Shown here piece after piece: positions 54,101 through 64,000 of a DNA stretch of 64,000 nt. Position 1 is the first letter of the stretch. Each line of letters starts with the position of its first letter. The notes under the pieces were generated by a model. The model made no database searches and was not told where the DNA came from. It saw nothing but the letters and a program-made list of their open reading frames with translations. Origin of the DNA: Bugula neritina. Its lineage: Eukaryota; Animalia; Bryozoa. Both the position numbers and the translations under genes were made by a program. Location: NCBI GenBank assembly GCA_964035545.1, contig OZ037770.1, positions 7,310,027 to 7,374,026 of the forward strand. Reading direction: 5' to 3'.

Positions 54101-57100
54101 TTCAATGTGTTGCAGTGTATTTCAATATGTTACAGTGTATTTCGGTATGTTGCGCTCTATTTCAGTATGTTACAGCGTATTTCAGTGTGTTGCAGTATGT
54201 TGCAGTATATTTCAGTATGTTGCAGTATATTTCAGTATGTTACAGTACATTTCCGTATATTACACTATATTTCAGTGAGTTGAGGTGTATTTCAGTGTGC
54301 TAGAGCATATTTCAGTATGGTGCAGTGTTTTTCAATGTGTTACAGTATATTTCAGTATTTTACCGTATATTTAGGTGTGTTGCTGTATATTTCACTGTGT
54401 TGCAGTGTATTTCAATATGTTACAGTGTATTTCAGTCTGTTGCAGTATGTTGCAGTGTATTTCAGTATGTGACAGTATGTTGCAGTATATTTCAGTAGGT
54501 TGAAGTATATTTCAGTATGTTGCAGTATGTTTCAGTATGTTACAACATAATTCAGTATTTTGCCGTATATTTCAGTGTGTTACAGTATATTTCATTATGT
54601 TGCAGTATGTTTCGGTATGTTCCAGTATAATTCAGTATGTTTCTCAATGTTTCAGTATATTTCAGTATGTTACAGTACATGTCCGTATATTACGACATAC
54701 TTCGATATGTTGCAGTATATTTCAGTATTTTGCAGTATGTTTCAGTGTGTTGCAGTGTATTTCAATACGTTACAGTTTGTTTCAGTATGTTGCAGTCTAT
54801 TTCAGTTTGTTACAGTGTAGTTTAGTATGTTGTAGTATGTTGCAGTATGTTGCAGTATGTTGCAGTATATTTAAGTATGTTACAGTATATTGCAGTATGT
54901 TCCAGTACATTTCCGTATATTACACTATATTTCAGTGAGTTGCAGTGTGTTTCAGTGTGCTGCAGCATATTTCAGTATGGTGCAGTGTTTTTCAATATGT
55001 TACAGTATGTTTCACTATATTACTGTATATTTAGGTATGTTGCAGTTTATTATAATGTGTTGCAGTGTATTTCAATATGTTATAGTGTATTTCAGTATGT
55101 TGCAGTATGTTGCAGGATATTTCAGTATGTTGCAGTATATTTCAGTATGTTGAAGTATGTTTCAGTGTGTTGCAGTATACTCCAATGTGTTGCAGTGTAA
55201 TTCAATATATTACAGTGTAATTCAGTATGTTGCAGTATGTTGCAGTATGTTGCAGTGTATTTCAGTATGTTACAGTGGATTTCGGTATGTTGCAGTATTT
55301 TGCAGTATATTTCAGTGTGTTGCAGTATATTTCAGTATGTTGCCGAGTGTTTCAGTATGTTGCAGTATGTTTTAGTATGTTACAGTATATTTCAGTATGT
55401 TGCAGTGTAATTCAGTATGTTACAGTATATTTCAGTAGTTTACCATAAATTCCGGTATGTTGCAGTATAATTGAATGTGCTGCAGTGTATTTCAATATGT
55501 TACAGTTTATTTCAGTATATTTCAGTATGTTGCTGTGTAATTCAGTATGTTGCAGTATATTTCAGTAGGTTGTCGTATGTTTCAGCATTTTACAGTATAT
55601 TTCTGTATATTACAGTATAATTGAATGTGTTGCAGTGTATTTCAATATGTTACAGTGTATTTCAGTATGTTGCAGTATGCTGCAGCGTAATTATGCATGT
55701 TGCAGTACATTTCAGTATGTTGACTTATGTTTCAGTATGTAACAGTACATTTCTGTATATTACAGTCTACTTCAGTGTGTTGCAGTGTATTTCAGTATGC
55801 TACAGCATATTTCACTATGTTGCAGTATATTTCAATGTCTCGCAGTATATTTCAGTACGTTTCAGTATGTTTCAGTGTGTTGCAGTATATTTCAATGTGT
55901 TGCAGTGTTTTTCAATATGTTACAGTGTATTTCAGTATGTTGCAGTATGTTGCAGTGTATTTCAGTATGTGACAGTGTATTTCAGTATGTTGCAGTGTGA
56001 TTGGGTATGTTGCAGTATATTTCAGTATGTTGTCGTATGTTTCAGTATTTTACAGTACATTTCTGTATATTACAGTATATTTCAGTCTGTTGCAGTGTAT
56101 TTCAGTATGTTGCAGTATGTTGCAGTGTTATTCAGTATATTACAGCGTATTTCAGTATGTTGTAGTATATTTCAGCATGGTGCAGTACATTTCAGTATGT
56201 TGACGTATGTTTCAGTATGTTACAGTACCTTTCTGTATATTACAGTATACTTCAGTGTATTTCAGTATGCTACAGCATATTTCAGTATGTTGCAGTATAT
56301 TTCAATGTGTTGCAGTATATTGCAGTGTTTTGCCGAATGTTTCAGTATGTTGCAGTATATTTCAATGTGTTGCAGTGTATTTCAATATGTTACAGTGTAT
56401 TTCAGTATGTTGCGGTCTATTTCAGTATGTTACAGCGTATTTCAGTGTGTTGCAGTATGTTGCAGTATATTTCAGTATGTTGCAGTATATTTCAGTATGT
56501 TACAGTACATTTCCGCATATTTCACTATATTTCAGTGAGTTGAGGTGTATTTCAGTGTGCTAGAGCATATTTCAGTATGGTGCAGTGTTTTTCAATGTGT
56601 TACAGTATACTTCAGTATATTACCGTATATTTAGGTGTGTTGCAGTATATTTCACTGTGTTGCAGTGTATTTCAATATGTTACAGTGTATTTCAGTATGT
56701 TGCAGTATGTTGCAGGATATTTCAGTATGTTGCAGTATATTTCAGTATGTTGAAGTATGTTTCAGTGTGTTGCAGTATATTTCAATGTGTTGCAGTTTTT
56801 TTCAATATGTTACAGTGTAATTCAGTATGTTGCAGTATGTTGCAGTATTTTGCAGTGTATTTCAGTATGTTACAGTGGATTTCGGTACGTTGCACTATTT
56901 TGCAGTATATTTCAGTGTTTTGCAGTGTATTTCAGTATGTTGCCGAGTGTTTCAGTATGTTGCAGTATGTTTTAGTATGTTACAGTATATTTAAGTATGT
57001 TGCAGTGTAATTCAGTATGTTACAGTATATTTCAGTAGTTTACCATAAATTTCGGTATGTTGCAGTATAATTGAATGTGTTGCAGTGTATTTCAATATGT

Positions 57101-57710
57101 TACAGTGTATTTCAATATATTTCAGTATGTTGCTGTGTAATTCAGTATGTTGCAGTATATTTCAGTAGGTTGTCGTATGTTTCAGCATTTTACAGTACAT
57201 TTCTGTATATTACAGTATAATTGAATGTGTAGCAGTGTATTTCAATATGTTACAGTATATTTCAGTATGTTGCAGTATGCTGCAGTGTAATTATGCATGT
57301 TGCAGTACATTTCAGCATGTTGACGTATGTTTCAGTATGTTACAGTACATTTCTGTATATTACAGTCTACTCCAGTGTGTTGCAGTGTATTTCAGTATGC
57401 TACAGCATATTTCACTATGTTGCAGTATATTTCAATGTCTCGCAGTATATGTCAGTATGTTGTCGTATGTTTCAGTATTTTACAGTACATTTCTGTATAT
57501 TACAGTATATTTCAGTCTGTTGCAGTGTATTTCAGTATGTTGCAGTATGTTGCAGTGTAATTCAGTATGTTACAGTGTATTTCAGTATGTTGTAGTATAT
57601 TTCAGCATGTTGCAGTACATTTCAGTATGTTGACGTATGTTTCAGTATGTTACAGTACATTTCTGTATATTACAGTATACTTCAGTGTATTTCAGTATGC
57701 TACAGCATAT
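39132..57710 (+). repeat. 10-bp satellite array, block 2 (same orientation; higher-order register continues across the insertion)
   Basis: Same monomers and landmark variants as block 1; sequence after 39132 continues the motif order interrupted at 33667 (compare intact copy at ~43870-44010). Confidence 0.99.
48367..50557 (+). repeat. 1150-bp-offset duplication
   Basis: ORF pairs 48414/49564, 48627/49777, 49014/50164; match ends at 49407/50557. Confidence 0.92.
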
Positions 57711-57732
57711 CACAGCTTGATTAAGGTCATCC
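57711..57732 (+). repeat. E2 R-type TIR
   Basis: CACAGCTTGATTAAGGTCATCC, identical to the reverse complement of 39110-39131. Confidence 0.92.
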
Positions 57733-57780
57733 TTCTACTGAATCAGTAATTTCATTGCTCTATTATAATTATATATGAAA

Positions 57781-58060
57781 CAGTGCCCAACTCATAACTC
57801 AATCAATTTTGACTCTAGAAACAAAATTCAAAAACTATGTTGTATATCTTTTGCTGTTCTATTGGAACCTTTTTTAAAACTTTCATTTATGTCATCTCTT
57901 GCACTTTTATGCCCCAAAAACTACCAAATTTTGCCCATTTTTTCTCAAAAAAACATGGTCTCAGTGCCCGAAAAATAATTCAATCCATAATTAATATATC
58001 TTCGCAAAAATTGACCTATGAAGTGATAAGATATTTGTCTATTGGAACCTTTTCAAATTT
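57781..58060 (-). repeat. Degenerate ~180-bp subterminal direct repeat (two units) at the R end of E2
   Basis: CAGTGCCC at 57781 and 57962; TCTATTGGAACCTTTT at 57858 and 58038. Confidence 0.75.
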
Positions 58061-61000
58061 TCTGCATAGCTTCAATAGAATAAGTGTAAACATGTAATTT
58101 ATACACTAGTTTTATTAGAAATTTTGCTTCTCACTTAGTCTGCATGATTGGCTGAACACGGTAGAGCTGCGCTGCATCGTAGCCATCATAATGATTACAG
58201 GGAGCTCACGTGGCCTACGATTCATGTTGTGCGCGCCAAACCAAAGGGTTAAAGTTCACCTCTGCAGTAAAATAATTTGGCAGTATGAGACTGGTTATTA
58301 TATTATAGTAGCTATAGTAGTTGGAATCATGGTGATGACAATGTTGTTGTACTGCCTACAGCCAATACCCTGTACAATGTGTAATCTACTTTGGATCTAG
58401 ATTAATTAGTTGTAGTAAAATGAAGCAATTTCTGAAGTCTAACTAGGAAGCAGAGCTTCCAAGCTAGTGGCGTTCAAGTGTCTACTCTATAGTTTATATC
58501 CTGTATGTTTTTAGTCCAAAACAGTTTAGTAATTATACAGCTTGCATGAGAGCCCTTATAATGCTAATGAGAGGTAATAGCCACTATAAGTTTTTTAGCT
58601 TTTATGTGTGATTTCAAAGCACATTATTTTGTGGTTCTGTACAGCAATCTAAATTATATTAATAATATATTACTTGTAACCAAGCGTATTGTATTGTTAA
58701 TGCAAAATATTAAAAAATTTCAGAGTCAACAAAAATTGTTGGAGGGAAATTTTAATCAATTGAGTAGTAATTGCATAACTTCATTTTAAAAATAATCTTA
58801 TTACCAGTTGCATCAGTATACCAAGTATGAGGTATGTGTAGTGATGAGGATATTGAGAAATTAGACCCTATGTTGAGATGCAGCAAAAAAGTTTAGAGAG
58901 ACTTTTAACCTGTTCTCAAATTAGCATATTTTGACAAATTTAGGCTGTTTAAGCTTTTCTACTATTGCACCTATGTAGGCAACTTTTCATATCATCGTAA
59001 TACAATTCTGGTATGCTTGCAATTGAATAAGAAGTTTCTGATTGATACATAATTCTTGCATGTAGCAGGCTTGCAACAGCTGTAAGCCATTTTGCTAATG
59101 GCTCAAACAGTGGCCAGCCATTCATGTGCACTAATAAGGTGCTGCTATTTTTAGCTGAAATGAGCTCATGGTTTGAATTTAAATGCTATATTACTTGTCA
59201 CTGATACGTAACTTAGTTGAGTTATTTTATAAAAACAGCTTTAAATAGTCAAATATGTAACCTTATTGAGCATGATGTAATGTCTATAATGAGTATTCAA
59301 TTTACAATTTGTTTTAATACAACTGCATCTCAAATAACCATAACCATGGTGTTAGTGTATTTGAGTACATAGTTTCTGTACACATATACTGTTCATTTCC
59401 TTTACTTGCTTATAATAATTTATAGTGTTGGTAGCTTACTAGGTTTTGCACTTTCAGTCTACTAATTCAGTAAGGGCTTCACTACAGTTCAAACTTTCAA
59501 GTTAATGCAGCAGTATAATTATACAGACATCAGAAATGCTAAGCCTAGCTTGTTTGTATTGAAGACGTGACTTCTAATCTAATTAGGTTACAACTAAAGG
59601 AGTGGAGTATAGTTGTGGTATTATTAGGGGTGTTCAAAATTTTATCAATTATTTTTTTCTAAAAAAAGCAATAATAAAATAAATAAATAATTGTTTTTTT
59701 TAAGTAAATCAATATTTTTAAAACAATAATTTTAATTTTATATCAATGACTAAATCGCATGCTATCATTATAATGCTTTCAAAAAAGCACGTAGAACGTG
59801 TATAATTCACATCCACTCCTGGATAGGCTACCCTAGTCATTCCACAGCTGCAGTGCACTGCCTTCAAATAAACCGCTCTGTGTAATATCATACGTAGCTA
59901 TAAGCGTTACTTATCTCGCCCAGATTGATGTGTTACTAGTAAAAGCTAGCCCAGTAAATAAAATATTCGATATTAAATTACAATCTGCAAAGTGAACGTG
60001 CCAACTGGCAATGGGATTATCATGATAAAATTGAGTGAAGAACATCTTTTACCTCTCGAACCTAGGATGAAGGTGTGTACTTTGATTAACTTTAGGAGTT
60101 TAACTTCAAGGGTAAGTGAGTACTAGTACTACTGCCTCCTTCAGCAAATTCACATATTTTTATTTTATATTGCTTGCAAGCAATAATTTAATAATTATAC
60201 TTAATTTTATAGTATTTGTATAGTTGTACTATTAGTATATTACAGTAGGCCTATATACTGTGTATTACTATTACTATTATAACTGTATTATTATTACTAT
60301 TAGCATTGTGCAGTATCACTAAACTTCCAAGTTTGAGTTTTATGTTCAATAGTCATAGTGATGTAAAACTAGATCAAAATTGTCAGTTGGTTTTATTATT
60401 ATAATTATGTAATTAACTTTAAGAAAATTATCTAAATTTATTACTGGCCATAACTTTTTTCAAATTATTTAGAGTTCTGTGGTTGAGTATAGTCACATAG
60501 AAAATATATTTTTGCACTGAAAAGTTTCTGTTTAGTAATTCTAATTGTACTTATACTTGCAGCATACCAACTTACATTTACATTGAGTGACCAACTTAAA
60601 ATATAAGCAATGCATATGTTTCAAAATAATTGTAGTCATCATGGCAGTCATATATAATGGAGAATTATTTGAAAAATGCAATCTCAAGGGAGAATTCAAC
60701 GTAATAATTGTAATTATGAGCTGTGTCTTTTAAAAAGTTACCAGCAGCTTTTATGTAATTACGGTATAAGTAGATGTTACAAAATATGGACTATTATAGT
60801 ACTAACTGTGGTGTATGAGCATGTTAATTCAAATTGAAAATGTCGGAAATTACTTTTGCATGTATTGAGAAAACTGGTATTTGTATTTTAGATGAAGTGG
60901 ACTACTAGATGATCAGGTTTTGTCAAAGAAATGCTAGTATGTCTACTCAGCACATCATTTCTATAATGTCAGCTGCAGCTCTTATAGGATCTTTAGATTC

Positions 61001-62951
61001 TCTACTCCACTCTACTCTTTTTTTTTATCCAAAAAGGATAATACTCTACAATTGACACCTATATATCTCAAGACTCTACCTGTGGAAATAGGACTTTTAT
61101 CAAAGGATATAAAAACTAAAATTAAACTTAAAATAATTGCCAGGACTAATTACCCTAGCAATGTGTCTTTTGGTTAGGCTTTTGCAGCTTGATTTTCTGT
61201 AGATTCTGCTTCTTTACAAAGTCAGTCTTGCCATTATTCATTATTTCGTGTTTGAGAAAAATAATTAAGGAACTAACCTATTATTTCCCTCATGTTTGTA
61301 ATATGCTTATAGGATGTATTGCTATAAAAAGGCCTGACTTATTCCTTCACAATAGTTCACAGCTGTTATACTTTCTACATGTTCAATTTATTTATTGAAC
61401 TTGTTACTTCTATGCCTAATCATATGTATATAAAATAATTATGTTATGCTTTAAGATCCACACTGATTTTTGTTGTGATTTTTAGTAATGACTACTTGGT
61501 GTTTAAATAAATTTGGTTGATTTGTTCCACATGCTTAAATTCTTAAGTCAATTCTTTTTATGGAATAATATATCTGCAGTATCAAAATATGGCAGATAGG
61601 CTAATGCATTGCTAATATTTGAGCTTATTAAATGACACCTATCATGGACTGGAAAAAATCTGAATCCACAATGGATATCTTTTATTTTATCTTAAGGAGG
61701 CTTTCTTTTCAAAATCTCAATACTTGCCTAGCTGAGATTAAAACTTTTCATCTTGACTTTTTCACTCAGGCAAGCATGGTGTCAGTCAGTATAACTAGAC
61801 ACAGCTTTTTCTATTAGATGCTAAATTTAGAAACATAAAACAGTTGATAATCTTGGCTCTGAGTTGGTACACAAGTCCATGATATCATGCTTGAGTGAAC
61901 ACTGCGTTAGCAGTTGCCAGCAGTGCCCAGTAGCCCAGTGTTGAGCACCAAGATGTAGCTCATAGTCAATTTGGACATTCATCTAGAAGCCATGTAGGCT
62001 TGACAGGACTCTTCAGAGTTTAGACTGTATACAACAGGAAGCAAATAGAATATTTATAGCACAGGCTCACGTTTTAATCTTTTATATATAAGTTTCAACT
62101 CACTTCAATGAGTGTTGATTAATGCTTATACTAGTACCAAAGGGACAACACAAGTACTATAGCTTTATTAGAAACTTGCAGCAATCAAATCCTTTACCCA
62201 AACTCAAAGCAGCCGAACAAAATACTGCATATCTGCCCCTTACAGCTGCCAATAAATTCGCACACACATAACTATCTTACCTATGCTAAGCTATTGGGCT
62301 GTCTGTAACTGATAGTAAGAGTCAGCACTAAGAAGTCAATTTTAGCTTTTAGTTGGTGCAACTAAAAATGATTTTAATATTAAAGGTATTATTGGTTTAA
62401 GGTCAGTCAATAGTATTGAGCAGATATATATAAATAGTCTAGCCTGAAAACACTATGTTTTGAGAAATGAGCATATCTCTAAACTATTTGTTGCATCTGC
62501 ATTCTAAATTATTTAAATAATATCTGCATTATCATTTCAAAAGTTATAATCAATAATTATTTCATTAGACTAGCCAAATAGATAAATATTGAGTAAAAGT
62601 ATAAACATTTAGCTTGCTTGCAGAATCTGAAATAGTTTTACATTGTTCGCTGAACAGAAGTTATGAAAATCATCTTCCTTTGTACATCAAGTATATTGTA
62701 CATGAAATGAACCATGCACTAGCCTGTTGTAATAATAATGTGATGCTGAGGCGTGCCACGACCACATGCTTGCTCAATAGATAGTGATAATAGTTGCAAT
62801 GGAAATATAGGCGCAGCCCTAGCTAATGTGATGGTTTGTTGGCAATTGTTCAACCTCATGCTAAATTATAACAAGTAGGCAATACGCATGCCGCCCACAG
62901 AGCATTAGCATATAGGAACTGAGACTAGATTATGAGATGAATTTTTGCTTG

Positions 62952-62973
62952 GGATGACCTTAACTATGCTGTG
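62952..62973 (-). repeat. E2 L-type TIR
   Basis: Reverse complement CACAGCATAGTTAAGGTCATCC, one mismatch to 33668-33689. Confidence 0.92.
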
Positions 62974-64000
62974 ATTTCAGTATGTTGCAGTATATTTCAA
63001 TGTGTTGCAGCATATTTAAGTATTTTCCGAATGTTTCAGTATGTTGCAGCATATTTCAATGTGTTGCAGTGTATTTCAATATGTTACAGTGTATTTCAGT
63101 ATGTTGCGGTCTATTTCAGTATGTTACAGCGTATTTCATGTGTGTTGCAGTATGTTGCAGTATATTTCAGTATGTTACAGTATATTTCAGTATGTTACAG
63201 TACATTTCCGTATATTACACTATATTTCAGTGAGTTGAGGTGTATTTCAGTGTGCTAGAGCATATTTCAGTATGGTGCAGTGTTTTTCAATGTGTTACAG
63301 TATATTTCAGTACATTACCGTATATTTAGGTATGTTGCTGTTTATTCCAATGTGTTGCAGTGTATTTCATTATGTTACAGTGTATTTCAGTATGTTGCAG
63401 CATGTTGCAGAATATTTCAGTATGTTGCAGTGTATTTCAGTATGTTGCAGTATGTTTCAGTATGTTACAACATAATTCAGTATTTTGCCGTACATTTCAG
63501 TGTGTTACAGTATATTTCGGTATGTTACAGTATGTTTCGGTATGTTCCAGTATATTTCAGTATGTTTCAGTATGTTTCAGTGTGTTGCAGTATATTTCAC
63601 TGTGTTGCAGTGTATTTCAGTATGTTGCAGTGTGATTCAGTATGTTACAGTATATTTCAGTATGTTGTCATATGTTTCAGTATTTTACAGTACATTTCTG
63701 TATACTACAGTATACTTCAGTGTGTTGCAGTGTATTTCAGTATGTTGCAGTATGTTGCAGTGTAATTCAGTATGTTCCAGTGTGTTTCAGTATGTTGCAG
63801 TATTATTCAGCATGCTGCAGTACATTTCAGTATGTTGACATATGTTTCAGTATGTTACAGTACATTTCTGTATACTACAATATACTTCAGTGTGTTACAG
63901 TGTCTTTCAGTATGTTGCAGTATGTTGCAGTGTAATTCAGTATATTACAGTGTATTTAAGTATGTTGCAGTCTATTTCAGTATGTTACAGTGTATTTAAG
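62974..64000 (+). repeat. 10-bp satellite array, block 3; runs off the right edge
   Basis: Same monomers; closely matches ~48115-49170, including the private 9-bp monomer in AAGTATTTTCCGAATG. Confidence 0.99.

Larger units (their letters stand above)
57711..62973 (-). mobile_element. Non-autonomous TIR DNA transposon, copy E2 (5263 bp), inverted relative to E1
   Basis: Starts CACAGCTTGATTAAGGTCATCC, ends GGATGACCTTAACTATGCTGTG (19/22); AT duplicated at 57709-57710 and 62974-62975 relative to empty site TACAGCATATTTCAG (e.g. 48109-48123); reverse-complement collinear with E1 (anchors ~33951/~62690, ~34875/~61860, ~37630/~59170, 38571/58271); longest ORF 86 aa. Confidence 0.92.

Noticed and set aside
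39132-57710. E1/E2 as an inverted segmental duplication or inversion breakpoint pair
   Set aside because: Satellite orientation is the same in all three blocks, each element has its own TSD, and homology ends exactly at the TIRs.
58191-58400. 69-aa ORF with a hydrophobic, TM-like segment (YYIIVAIVVGIMVMTMLLYCL)
   Set aside because: The E1 homolog has an indel and a TAA after 31 codons, before the hydrophobic stretch.
58446-58468. Hairpin GGAAGC-AGA-GCTTCC followed by CTAG, in an E2-specific segment (Helitron 3' end?)
   Set aside because: Only a 6-bp stem, 3 nt from CTAG (shorter than typical), with no identifiable Helitron body or second copy.
1-64000. Telomeric repeat, RNA genes, or a species assignment
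   Set aside because: The monomer is not a G-rich telomere motif, no tRNA/rRNA/snRNA signature was recognised, and no taxon-diagnostic sequence can be supported without a search.

Overview
Eukaryotic-type heterochromatin window with no credible protein-coding gene. About 53 kb is one uniformly oriented 10-bp satellite (CAGTATGTTG alternating loosely with CAGTRTATTT) with layered higher-order structure: a ~1.6-1.8 kb cassette of landmark variants, and nested near-identical duplications with offsets of 60, 150, 160, 340, 1150, 1233, 1430, 3006, 4309, 8028, ~9600 and 11034 bp. The array is interrupted twice by a ~5.3-5.5 kb non-coding AT-rich element (33668-39131, and in opposite orientation 57711-62973). 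Both copies have 22-bp imperfect TIRs starting CACAGC and 2-bp target-site duplications (TG and AT), confirmed against empty-site paralogs in the same array. This fits a large non-autonomous CMC/EnSpm-like DNA transposon. The two copies are substantially diverged from each other, yet both appear younger than closely similar satellite duplications, and each has its own concerted variant of a 180-bp-spaced subterminal motif. The best candidate system is a multi-subfamily, possibly satellite-targeting transposon family. All satellite ORFs in the supplied track are translation artefacts. Identities were estimated or counted by hand; no database search was possible.
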